Assembly (NCBI GenBank): GCA_023269675.1
Contig: JAHFSX010000002.1
Span: forward strand, 351,319-415,318
Source of the DNA: Verrucomicrobiota bacterium
Lineage (GTDB): Bacteria; Verrucomicrobiota; Kiritimatiellia; RFP12; UBA1067
Direction: 5' to 3'
Length of the DNA stretch: 64,000 nt
The notes beneath the pieces are model-generated. The model was not told where the DNA came from and made no database searches. It worked only from the letters and a program-made list of their open reading frames with translations. The position numbers and the translations under genes were made by a program. Positions 34,589 to 43,695 of the stretch are shown piece by piece (the stretch's first letter is position 1; each line of letters starts with the position of its first letter).

Positions 34589-36247
34589 TCACGGTTTGCG
34601 CGCGGCGCTCTCTCTGACCGCCTCGGGATCGATGGCGACATCCAGCCAGCTGACGGTTTGTGTTCCACCCTCGGCCACGGACAGCTCGACGGTGTTGGTG
34701 CCGCGGGCGACAGCCGGCAGCGGGGCCTCGAACCGCATGACCCGCGGGGCCACTTCGCAGACGTTCATCCGGGGCTGCTCCGGCCGCGGGTCGGGCTTGG
34801 CCGGCACGGGCAGGTCGTCCAGCGCGCGGCACGCCTGCCCGTTGAGCCGCACCGCCAGCCGCACGGAGGCGAGGTCGTTCGTCTTCTCCAAGCCGACGCG
34901 GACCACGTAGCTGCCCGACTCCGGACGAGGGCCGGTCTGGATCTTCAGCGTCAGCGGCTGCTGCGGCGCGACCGCGGCCGGCAAGGCCGGACGGTAGTCG
35001 CTCTTGAGCGGCAGGCAGTCGTGGATGGCCAGGGCGTGGATGCGCGGGCGGCTCGCCGCGCCCGCCACGTCGCCGGCCGCGCGCAGCAGTTCGGCCACGG
35101 TGCACTCGTTGGTGCTCTTGCCCTCCGGGGTGCGGAGGCGGTTGTACGCGTCCACCGGCTCGAAATGGTTGAACAGGTAGAGGCCGTCGGCCCCGCGGTC
35201 GAACATCGCGGCGGCGAAGCCGCGCATCCCCGCCAGGTTGCGGCACATCATATACCCCTTGGCCGCGCAGGCGTAGGTGCTGGCGGTGGCGGGCACGATC
35301 TGTACGCTCCGGGCGCCGGGTCCGATCTGCGCGCGCCACGCCTCGACGGGCGTGTCGTTGTAGCCGCTCCACCAGTCGCTGGGGATGACCATGTCCAGCA
35401 GCCCCTCCTTCGCCCAGGCGACGGCGTCAAAGCCTTTGCCGAGCGCGAACTCCGGCGTGGCCGGCACGCGCACCGCCAGCCGCACCGGGTGGCCGAGGCG
35501 CAGCGCGGCCGCCTGCGTCAGCCGGCGCACCTCGCGCACGAAGCCGGTGAGGATCGCGCGTCCGCTCTCGATCTCGCCGTCGTCGAAGTTGCTGGGCGTG
35601 CGGATCCAGTCCAGCTCCAGCCCGTCCACATCGTAGCGCTGCAGCACCTCGGCGGCCAGCTTCAGGTAGTGCTCGCGGACCTCGGGCCGGGCGTAGTTGA
35701 AGAGGCCCTTGCCCTTGTGGTGGCGCAGCTCGGGATGCTCGAAGAACAGCGGGCTGACGGCGGTCGGGTCGTTACCGTAGTGGTGGTCGTTCATGCGCAG
35801 CGACACCCACGGCGACAGGCCCCGCTCGCGGCAGCGCGGGATAAGCCGCGCGAAGACGTCGTCGATGCCCAGCTTGTGCAGCTCGTAATAGGTGCGCGGC
35901 CAGCTGTGGACCTTGTTCTCCGCATCCGGGACGTCCCAGTAGCTGGGCCAGACCGCGCTGTCGTAGCCGACCCGCTGGTAGTTGACGTTCCAGAAGAGGT
36001 GGCTCACGCCAGTGCCCTGATACTGGTCCACCTCCTTGTCCAGGGCGGCCAGCGCCATCTCGCGGGTGGCGCCCTTGCCCAGCGGCTTCTCGATCTTGTG
36101 CAGCACGAAGTTGACGACCGCGTCCGCCGCCATGTTGACGATGACCGGCATTTGAGCGGCCGGCGCGGCCGTGGGCGTCGCGGCCTGCGCCGCGGCCGAC
36201 ACCGAAATCAGTGAGGCCGCGAAGATGCAGAAGATCGTGCGTTGCAT
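34589..36247 (-). CDS. Secreted putative TIM-barrel glycoside-hydrolase-like protein (GHL-type), 552 aa
   Basis: Start at the ATG at 36245-36247 (MQRTIFCIFAASLISVSAAAQA signal peptide). Body with SPWVSLRMNDHHYGNDP, YDVDGLELDWIRTP and beta/alpha alternation resembles family-10-like glycosidase TIM barrels. Weak family assignment. Confidence 0.45.
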   Translation of the reverse strand: MQRTIFCIFAASLISVSAAAQAATPTAAPAAQMPVIVNMAADAVVNFVLHKIEKPLGKGATREMALAALDKEVDQYQGTGVSHLFWNVNYQRVGYDSAVWPSYWDVPDAENKVHSWPRTYYELHKLGIDDVFARLIPRCRERGLSPWVSLRMNDHHYGNDPTAVSPLFFEHPELRHHKGKGLFNYARPEVREHYLKLAAEVLQRYDVDGLELDWIRTPSNFDDGEIESGRAILTGFVREVRRLTQAAALRLGHPVRLAVRVPATPEFALGKGFDAVAWAKEGLLDMVIPSDWWSGYNDTPVEAWRAQIGPGARSVQIVPATASTYACAAKGYMMCRNLAGMRGFAAAMFDRGADGLYLFNHFEPVDAYNRLRTPEGKSTNECTVAELLRAAGDVAGAASRPRIHALAIHDCLPLKSDYRPALPAAVAPQQPLTLKIQTGPRPESGSYVVRVGLEKTNDLASVRLAVRLNGQACRALDDLPVPAKPDPRPEQPRMNVCEVAPRVMRFEAPLPAVARGTNTVELSVAEGGTQTVSWLDVAIDPEAVRESAARKP

Positions 36248-36618
36248 GCGCGACGCGTGCGTGTCAGCCGCGCCCAGCCGTGCAGAATGCGGAATTAACA
36301 TTTTTCTGTCTAGCCCCCGTATGCGGTCATTTCAGTTCCCAGCGTTTTATGCCCCCAAAATAGCATAAAACAAAACCGTCCTCAATCCCCGCGTCGGGGA
36401 CAACCGCCTGATGACCGCTTGATAATCGTCAGGCCACGATAGACACGCATAGGTTAAAAACACTATACTGCCAGCATGATTAAGCGGGTGTGTTGGGTGC
36501 ACATCCGGAATTCCTGGCGGGGCTTTTCGCTCGCGTTTCTCTCACCATGGGGGTCAGCATGACAGGCGTTAATTGTGCGGAAGACAACCGTCCATCCGGA
36601 AACGTCCGGCGCAAAAGC

Positions 36619-38478
36619 ATGATGCTAGCAGCGGTCTGTGCCGTTTTCACGGGCGGAGCGGACACGTCCTTTGCGGCCGCCCCAAGCTGGAACGTGGGCA
36701 GCGGCACCTGGGACGACACGACCACCGGCAACTGGAGCCCCGCGCAGGTGCCCGTGGCCGGGGACAGCGTCACGATCAACCGCGCGGCCGCCACGACGGT
36801 CGAGTTCGCGTCGGGCAACTTCACGAGTGCGGGAACAAGTCTGCTCACGCTGACGCTGGGCGGCACGGGCGCCTCGAACGTGCTGCAGGTCGGCGCGGGC
36901 GACATTCTGTGCTTAACGAACACGTTCAACGTCAACTCCGGCGGACGCTTGGAGATGTCGGGCGGGACGATTGCGGACGCGTACACGGACTGGCGTGACA
37001 GCCTCAAGGTCAATAACGGCGCCAGCGCCAGCGTGACGGGGGGCACGTACCAGCTCCAGCGGTACGGCCATGTCTATGTGGCGGACACCGCCGGTCACAC
37101 GGCGAGCCTCATTGTGAGCGGGACGGGCAAGCTGGTGGCACCCACCGCCGTGAACCAGACCGGTGCCGACCTGAACGCCAGGAGAGGCAACAGCACGGTG
37201 ACGGTGTCGGAGAACGGCGAGCTCAGCATCTGGCGCAACATTTACGTCGGCACGGTCAGCGGCACGCACACGTGGACGGTCTCCGGCGGCACCCTGCGCG
37301 AACAGTTCGGCGACCAGGCGTATGCGGGCTTTGTGCTGGGCGGCGGTTCGGGATCCGTGACGCTGACGCAGACCGGCGGAACCGTCGACGCGCGTATGCT
37401 CAACGTCGCCAGCAACAGCGTCTATCAGCTCGACGGCGGCAAGCTGACCGGCGGCACCGTCAACATCAAGGGCGGGGAGATGAACGTGACGGCAGGGCTC
37501 GTCGACCTCCAGTATGACGTCGGCCCCGGAAACACGAGCGGCACCGTCAGCCGCCTGAACATCAGCGGCGGGTCGATCTCCAACCGGTACTTCTTGGTGG
37601 GGCAGTCGCCGAGCGGCTCCGGATACGGCACGCCAGGCGGCCGCGCCGTTGTTCACCAGACAGGCGGCGAGGTCGTCATCAAAGGCGGGGCGTTTGCCGT
37701 CGGACACTCCAACAACCTCTCGCAGGTCTCGGAGTACATTTGGGAGGGAGGGCAATTCGGAACCAAGGATGGGGCATGGCCTTACTGGTATATCGAGCCG
37801 GGCTCCAGTTTCCGGGGACGCGGCAAGCCAACGCCCGATCATGCCGCTTACGGCAATCTGAGAATGAGCGGCCGGGTGATCGCCGACGGTTTCAACACCG
37901 AGACGAACCTGGACCTGTCGAACTTGCGCGACCTCTTCAACGACATCGACAACCCCAGCGACGGCACCAACGGCTGGTACGCCGTGCGCGGCGGCAAACT
38001 GATCCTGAGCACGTACTATTCGGTCAACGGCAACGCGACCGGCGTCTGGGGCGAGGCGCAAGGGCAGGTGCCCGTGCAGGACAACGACCTCGACCTGGTG
38101 AACAGCGCGCGCATCATCTTCACCGGCGCCGCATACCACAAGCTGGGCGGCGCCCTGTTCGCCTCCGACCGGTCGGACGTCCCGTCCGGCCTTGTGCGCC
38201 CCATCGGAGTCTGGCAGCTCTCCTCCGGCAGTTTCACCGATGCGACCGTCACCTTCCGGTATGACCATGGCACGCTGGCCGCCCAGGGCCTCCCTGAAAA
38301 CGCGATCAGGCTGCGGCGACACACCGGAACGGCTTGGGAAAAGGTGACGGGGTCGCAGGATCTGGCCAAGCACTGGCTGACCTCGACGGTGCTGCTGCCG
38401 CTGGGCAGCGGGCAAGGCTACCTCGGCATTTTCGCGATTGATGTGCCTCGCACGGGAACAATGGTGACCATTCTATGA
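36619..38478 (+). CDS. Secreted beta-helix repeat protein (autotransporter-associated beta-strand repeat family), 619 aa. Paralog of 6728..8761.
   Basis: Start at ATG 36619 (MMLAAVCAVFTGGADTSFAAAPSW signal peptide). SWNVGSGTWDDTTTGNWSPAQVP start motif. Gly/Thr-rich beta-helix repeats. The stop overlaps the start of the next gene (ATGA at 38475-38478). Confidence 0.6.
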   Translation: MMLAAVCAVFTGGADTSFAAAPSWNVGSGTWDDTTTGNWSPAQVPVAGDSVTINRAAATTVEFASGNFTSAGTSLLTLTLGGTGASNVLQVGAGDILCLTNTFNVNSGGRLEMSGGTIADAYTDWRDSLKVNNGASASVTGGTYQLQRYGHVYVADTAGHTASLIVSGTGKLVAPTAVNQTGADLNARRGNSTVTVSENGELSIWRNIYVGTVSGTHTWTVSGGTLREQFGDQAYAGFVLGGGSGSVTLTQTGGTVDARMLNVASNSVYQLDGGKLTGGTVNIKGGEMNVTAGLVDLQYDVGPGNTSGTVSRLNISGGSISNRYFLVGQSPSGSGYGTPGGRAVVHQTGGEVVIKGGAFAVGHSNNLSQVSEYIWEGGQFGTKDGAWPYWYIEPGSSFRGRGKPTPDHAAYGNLRMSGRVIADGFNTETNLDLSNLRDLFNDIDNPSDGTNGWYAVRGGKLILSTYYSVNGNATGVWGEAQGQVPVQDNDLDLVNSARIIFTGAAYHKLGGALFASDRSDVPSGLVRPIGVWQLSSGSFTDATVTFRYDHGTLAAQGLPENAIRLRRHTGTAWEKVTGSQDLAKHWLTSTVLLPLGSGQGYLGIFAIDVPRTGTMVTIL

Positions 38479-41400
38479 GAGATACCCTTTGCAGTCTAGC
38501 CGTCCTGGCGGCCTCATGCATTGCGCCTGCCTTTTCGCAGGACGTTACAACCGCCACCCGCGCCGAAGCGCTGCCGGGCTTGGCCAGCGCCACGGCCTGG
38601 CAGGTGCGGGAGGGCGACGCGGAGCGGCTGACGGTCTCCGAGGCACCCGGCAACGTGGTGGCGCGCTTCGCCTACGCGGCCGGCACCAACGTCCAGATGC
38701 GGCTCAAGGTCCCGCTGCCGGTTCCGGAGTGGGCGGACGGACTGACGTTCCTCGCGGTCTGCAGCCAGCAGCCGATCACGCTGCGCATCGACGCGGTCAT
38801 CCGCGACGCGAAGGGCAACGAGTTCAACTTCTACACGCACTCCCCGTTCAGCTATCAGCAAGGGCATTTCGGACCCATGGCCGCGCACCGCCGGTGCACC
38901 CAGGTCCGGTTCACGGTCCCCGGGCTCAAGCACCCGCGCTTGAGCACCGACCCGACGCTGGAAGCGCCGCGCCGAGGCCTCGCACCGGTGAAGCCGTGGA
39001 CGCTCGTCGGGCTTAACCTCGTGTGCGAAGAGGCTCCCAAGGCCGCCAAGCCGGCCGCCGTCTCCATCTACGTGCAGGACCTGACATGGACCCGGCTGGT
39101 TCCGCTCGCGACGGGGATGTACTACCAGTGGCGCGACCAGGCCGGCTTCGGGGAGGTCGACGCGCTGCCCTATCTCACCCTGGCGGATTTCTGGTGGTGG
39201 CCCGGCACGTACAAGCTGACGTGGGAGATCCGCGGCCGCTACGAGGCCCTGCCGTTCCTCGCCGGAGGCCAGACCTTCACGGTCGCCGAAAAACCCGGGC
39301 TGCCGCCGCTGGAACTGCAGCTGGCCCGGCGCATCGAGTTTCCGGTCCGCGAGGAGGGCACGTACTGGGTCCGCGCCCGCATCCAGCGCACGGACCAGGC
39401 CCGCAACTATCTGCACTATCCCCGCGTCGACGAGAGCGAGTACCGGCTGGACGTGATCCGCGGCAAGCCGGCCGTGGCGCGCAAGACCTTGCCCGCTGAC
39501 AAGCCCGTCGAGAACTGCCCGATCCGCATCGGCGCGGGCCGCGCCTCGCTGGTCTGGGAGCCGAAGCAGGCGCTGAAGGTTCCGGTCGCGTTCGAGCGGC
39601 CCGGCGACCTGAAGGGCGAAGGCCAGTACACGCTCGCGGTCCGCAGCTACAGCCGCAACACGCTGCTGCGCGAGGAGACGGTCCACCCGCAATGGGACAA
39701 GGACGGGCGCTTCATCGCGCAGCTCGACCTCTCCGGCCTGCCTGCCGGCGCGTACCGCATCGGCGCCGAGATCCGCGACGGCGAGATCCCGTACGACCGC
39801 GCGGAGCGCGTGGTCGGCAAGCGCGCCCTGTCCGCGACCGCCGACACGGCGCCGATCCCCGCCTCGGTCATTCCCGCCGCGGCCGTGCTCTCGGGCCAGC
39901 GCGCCCTGTTCCACCTCGCGGACGCCGACCGCTTCGGCCTGGGGCGGTTCCCGCTGGACACCCACTGGGAGCAGTCGACCAAGCCCTTCCTCCAGGAGGC
40001 GTCCACCGTCTCGCGCGACGTCGAGGTCATCGTGCCGTGGCCGCTCGTGGAGCCGCTGCCGGGCGTCTACGACTGGAGCGCGGTGGACCGCTACCTGGAC
40101 ACCGCCGCGACGAACGGGCTGCGCGTCCTGCTCTGGACCTCGGTGCGCTCCGAGGATTATCCGGAGTGGATGCCGGCCGTGCCGATGGCCAACGAGGAAG
40201 GCGACGTGTTCAGCCACTTCGCGTACCTGTTCCACGGGATGCACCCGAACTATTTCCACAGCAAGGAGGTGAGCGGGCCGTGCTTGCGCTTCTTCGAGGC
40301 CGTCGCGCAGCGCTACCGCTCGCACCCGGCGCTCGACGGCTACTACCTGTGCATGGAGCATCCGGGGGACGCGCCCTTCCGCGACTGGTACGAAGGCTAC
40401 TCGCGCGAGTCCGTGGACGACTTCCGCAGGTACAGCCGCGAGCAGTGGAAGAGCCTCAAGGCGATCAACGCGCGCTGGGGCACGCGCTTCGCGTCATGGA
40501 AGGAGCTGACCGTCCCGCAGCGGAACGACCCCTCCGACCGCTACCTGCTCGACTGGGAGCGCTTCAAGGTGAACGCGTTCGAGGCGTTCCACCGGGACTT
40601 CGTGCTCGCCGTGCGCAAGCACGACCCGCTGCGGCTCGCGATGGTGTACTCGACGTTCGGCAACGACGAGTGGTACCGCGACCACGGCTGCATGACGGCC
40701 AACGGCGGCGCCCATGCGCAATTCATACCCTTCTACGCGGAAAAAGCCATGCGCGGCCTGCAGATGCGCACCGAGGAGATCACGCCGCGGTACTGGAGCG
40801 GCACAGGCCCCTACCAGCTCGACCAGAGCCTGTTCTTCGTCATGGCCGGCGGCGGCGCGCATGCCCACTGCAAGGCGTTCATCGACACCACCCAGCGCTT
40901 CGCGGCGGTTCAGGAGCCGAAACATTCGCTGGGGCGGTACGCCCGCTTCATCCCGATCTGGAGCGAGCTGCGCCGCACCGCGCCCGCGCCGGTCGAGACG
41001 TTCATCTTCGACGATCTCGACAGCAACCTGATGCAGGCCCGCTGCACCTACACGGGCGCCGGCGGCGACTACTGGACCACGCTGAACCTGCTGCAGGCCC
41101 AGGTGCCGTTCGCCAACACGCCGCCCGATTTCGCTGAGCGCGGCAAGCTGCTCTTCGTGACCCAGACCGCGTCGCGCTTCATGGAGCGGGCGACGCGCGA
41201 ACAGGTGGTGCGCTTCGCGGAGCGCGGCGGCACCGTGGTCATGAAGGCCTTCGCGGGCAGCGTGGATCCGGACCGGCCGGGCGAGGAGTGGGTGCTGCTG
41301 CGCCGCTTCGGCTTCGCGCCGCCCGAAGGCCCTGTGGAGCCCGGCCGCTATACGCTGACGCGCCCCGTGCCGGGCCCCGTCTTCGGCGATCAGCCGGGCG

Positions 41401-41903
41401 ACTTTGTGCTGCGCGATCTCTGGAACGTGCCGCGGCGCGAGGGCGAGCAGACCGCCGCGGTGCTCGCGGGCAACACCAACCGCGTGGCGGTCAGCTGGCG
41501 CCCGGTCGGCCAGGGCCGCGTGGCGGTGATCTGGGCGGAAACCACCGTGCCGCCGTTCGCCAGCGCACAGCACGGCGGAGGACGCCCCTTCTTCCGCGAC
41601 TTCGCACGCTGGGCCGGCGTGCCCATCCCGGCCGACGCCGACTCGCCCCTGCTCTGGACGAACCTCCTCAGGCGCGACGACGGCGCAGCCTGGTACGGCC
41701 TGGTCCACGCGGGACACGACGGGAAGCCCGTCTCGGGACGCGCCTGGTGGCCGGGCCTGCCGGACGGGACCTATCGGGTCACCGAGCTGATCAACCCGCG
41801 GGACCTGGGCGAGTTGCCCGCCGCGCGCCTGCGCGCCGAGGGCGTATCCGTCACGCTCCAGCCCCACGAAGTCGCCATCTTCAAGCTGGAGCTGAAGAGG
41901 TGA
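38475..41903 (+). CDS. Giant secreted GH42/GH35-like (beta-galactosidase-type TIM barrel) glycoside hydrolase with N-terminal beta-sandwich and C-terminal domains, 1142 aa
   Basis: Signal peptide MRDTLCSLAVLAASCIAPAFSQ. VPWPLVEPLPGVYDWSAVDRYLDTAATNGLRVLLWT matches the W..EP.eG.YdF..lD..ld.A...Gl.V.L block of GH42/GH35/GH5-type barrels. Paralog of 43696..47214. Confidence 0.55.
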   Translation: MRDTLCSLAVLAASCIAPAFSQDVTTATRAEALPGLASATAWQVREGDAERLTVSEAPGNVVARFAYAAGTNVQMRLKVPLPVPEWADGLTFLAVCSQQPITLRIDAVIRDAKGNEFNFYTHSPFSYQQGHFGPMAAHRRCTQVRFTVPGLKHPRLSTDPTLEAPRRGLAPVKPWTLVGLNLVCEEAPKAAKPAAVSIYVQDLTWTRLVPLATGMYYQWRDQAGFGEVDALPYLTLADFWWWPGTYKLTWEIRGRYEALPFLAGGQTFTVAEKPGLPPLELQLARRIEFPVREEGTYWVRARIQRTDQARNYLHYPRVDESEYRLDVIRGKPAVARKTLPADKPVENCPIRIGAGRASLVWEPKQALKVPVAFERPGDLKGEGQYTLAVRSYSRNTLLREETVHPQWDKDGRFIAQLDLSGLPAGAYRIGAEIRDGEIPYDRAERVVGKRALSATADTAPIPASVIPAAAVLSGQRALFHLADADRFGLGRFPLDTHWEQSTKPFLQEASTVSRDVEVIVPWPLVEPLPGVYDWSAVDRYLDTAATNGLRVLLWTSVRSEDYPEWMPAVPMANEEGDVFSHFAYLFHGMHPNYFHSKEVSGPCLRFFEAVAQRYRSHPALDGYYLCMEHPGDAPFRDWYEGYSRESVDDFRRYSREQWKSLKAINARWGTRFASWKELTVPQRNDPSDRYLLDWERFKVNAFEAFHRDFVLAVRKHDPLRLAMVYSTFGNDEWYRDHGCMTANGGAHAQFIPFYAEKAMRGLQMRTEEITPRYWSGTGPYQLDQSLFFVMAGGGAHAHCKAFIDTTQRFAAVQEPKHSLGRYARFIPIWSELRRTAPAPVETFIFDDLDSNLMQARCTYTGAGGDYWTTLNLLQAQVPFANTPPDFAERGKLLFVTQTASRFMERATREQVVRFAERGGTVVMKAFAGSVDPDRPGEEWVLLRRFGFAPPEGPVEPGRYTLTRPVPGPVFGDQPGDFVLRDLWNVPRREGEQTAAVLAGNTNRVAVSWRPVGQGRVAVIWAETTVPPFASAQHGGGRPFFRDFARWAGVPIPADADSPLLWTNLLRRDDGAAWYGLVHAGHDGKPVSGRAWWPGLPDGTYRVTELINPRDLGELPAARLRAEGVSVTLQPHEVAIFKLELKR

Positions 41904-41930
41904 TGAACGCTCAACGGCAGCCGCCGGATT

Positions 41931-42146
41931 TCAATAGTGGGGAGGGATCTCGTTGGCCAACCCGGAGACGCGGGAAGCCTCCTGCTGCCGTTGGAGCGCC
42001 GCCGCGAGTTGTCGGTTCTGGGATTCCAGCGCGAGCACGCGCTTTTGAAGGTCGGCTACAACCGCGTTGAGGGTGTCGACGAGGTGTTCACAGTGGGTCA
42101 CGCGCTCTTCCATCTGCTGACCGGAGGTGTGGGCTTCTTGGCTCAT
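41931..42146 (-). CDS. slyX: SlyX-family small coiled-coil protein
   Basis: 71 aa. MEERVTHCEHLVDTLNAVVADLQKRVLALESQNRQLAAALQRQQ fits the SlyX coiled-coil pattern. Confidence 0.55.
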   Translation of the reverse strand: MSQEAHTSGQQMEERVTHCEHLVDTLNAVVADLQKRVLALESQNRQLAAALQRQQEASRVSGLANEIPPHY

Positions 42147-42323
42147 GGGCGAAGTGTAACATAAGTTGTGCCAGGCGGGCAGGGTCTCGCGGCATACAAC
42201 GAGAAATTAGGAGTTGGGATCAAAATGCCGGCGAGTCTTCGACGCGTCACGACAGAGTTTTACCGGGCTGTTATCCGTATGGGACGGCCGTGACGGGAAG
42301 CGGTCGGGACGGAGCCCGACCCT

Positions 42324-42441
42324 CCAGAATGCGAGAAGAGCACGCCTCTGTGCGTCTGGAGGGACGACCTCCGTGTCGTCCGCCAGAATGCGAGAAGAGC
42401 ACGCCTCTGTGCACGTGGAGGGATGACCTCCGCGTCGCCCG
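42324..42441. repeat. Perfect-ish tandem duplication of a 59 bp unit in the slyX / esterase divergent intergenic region
   Basis: ccagaatgcgagaagagcacgcctctgtgcgtctggagggacgacctccgtgtcgtccg followed by ccagaatgcgagaagagcacgcctctgtgcacgtggagggatgacctccgcgtcgcccg. Each unit contains a ggagg-gacga-cctcc hairpin. Confidence 0.6.
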
Positions 42442-42616
42442 CCGACCATTCAGCGCGCCCGAAGGGCGCAGCATGGTCCGCTCGCCCGCGGTCTGTCCGA
42501 AGCGGCCCAACTTCACTGCGCGCCGGGATTGAAGCGCTCTGCGGCGGTATGGTACGATTCAGACCTCACGCGTGACGGAGGTCGTTGCGCACCACGCGCT
42601 CATTCGCGAGTCAACT

Positions 42617-43561
42617 ATGGCGTCAAAATTCCATCTCCCGTTCGGCTCAACATCCGGCGTCCTCCTCATCGCCACGCTCCTGCTCGCGCCGGGCATACGC
42701 GCGCAGGCGCCCGCGGCCCCGGCGCCGACCCTGTCGAACGTGCCGTACGGCAAGCATCCGCGGCAGGTGCTGGACTTCTACCAGGCCAAGGCCGGGCAGC
42801 CCGCGCCCGTGCTGTTCTTCATCCACGGCGGCGGGTGGATGACCGGGGACAAGGCGAATCCCGACTTTCTGGCGAAGTGCCTCGAGAACGGCATCGCGGT
42901 CGTTTCGATCAACTACCGGTTCATCCCGGATGCCGCCGCGGAGAAGATCGCGCCGCCGGTGAAGGCGTGCCTGGACGACGCGGCCCGCGCGCTGCAGTTC
43001 GTGCGCAGCAAGGCCGGCGAGTGGCATATCGACCGCGAGCGCATCGGCGGGTGCGGCGGCTCGGCGGGCGGCTGCACCGCGCTCTGGCTGGCCTTTCACC
43101 GCGACCTGGCCGAACCGGCGAGCGCCGACCCGGTCGCCCGCGAATCCACCCGGCTGCGCTGCGTGCTGGCCTTCGTGCCGCAGACCACGCTGGACCCGCA
43201 GCAGATGCAGGCGTGGACTCCCAACAACCAGTACGGCAACCACGCCTTCGGGCTGGGCAGCATGCAGGAGTTCCTCGACAAACGGGAGTCGCTGATGCCG
43301 TGGATCCGGGAGTTCTCGCCGTATGCCCTCGCGTCGGCCGATGATCCGCCCGTGCTGCTCTTCTATGACAACCCGCCCAACCTCGGCCAGCCCTACAAGG
43401 ATCCGCCGCACTCGGGGAACTTCGGCGCAGGCATCGCGCCGAGACTCAAGGACGCGGGCATCGAGCACGAGATCAATTACAACAACGACTACGGCCACAT
43501 GCGGTACCCCGATCTCTTCGGCTTCCTGCTGGCGAAGCTGAGGGACAGCCCGGCCAAGTGA
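42617..43561 (+). CDS. Secreted alpha/beta-hydrolase esterase (HGGG / GxSxG, Abhydrolase_3 type; likely carbohydrate esterase)
   Basis: Start at ATG 42617 (MASKFHLPFGSTSGVLLIATLLLAPGIRAQA). LFFIHGGGWMTGDK (oxyanion HGGG), IGGCGGSAGGCTALWLA (nucleophile elbow), C-terminal DYGHM. Confidence 0.75.
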   Translation: MASKFHLPFGSTSGVLLIATLLLAPGIRAQAPAAPAPTLSNVPYGKHPRQVLDFYQAKAGQPAPVLFFIHGGGWMTGDKANPDFLAKCLENGIAVVSINYRFIPDAAAEKIAPPVKACLDDAARALQFVRSKAGEWHIDRERIGGCGGSAGGCTALWLAFHRDLAEPASADPVARESTRLRCVLAFVPQTTLDPQQMQAWTPNNQYGNHAFGLGSMQEFLDKRESLMPWIREFSPYALASADDPPVLLFYDNPPNLGQPYKDPPHSGNFGAGIAPRLKDAGIEHEINYNNDYGHMRYPDLFGFLLAKLRDSPAK

Positions 43562-43695
43562 TTTCGTGTGACGGGGCGCGCTGCTGCCGAGCGGCGTCTT
43601 GCTTTGCGCTCCCTGTGTTCTCTGCGGCTGTCAGCCAAACGCTGTTTCTCGGGATTATCCTAAAACGCTGATCACCTTTCGCCAAAGGACCGCCG

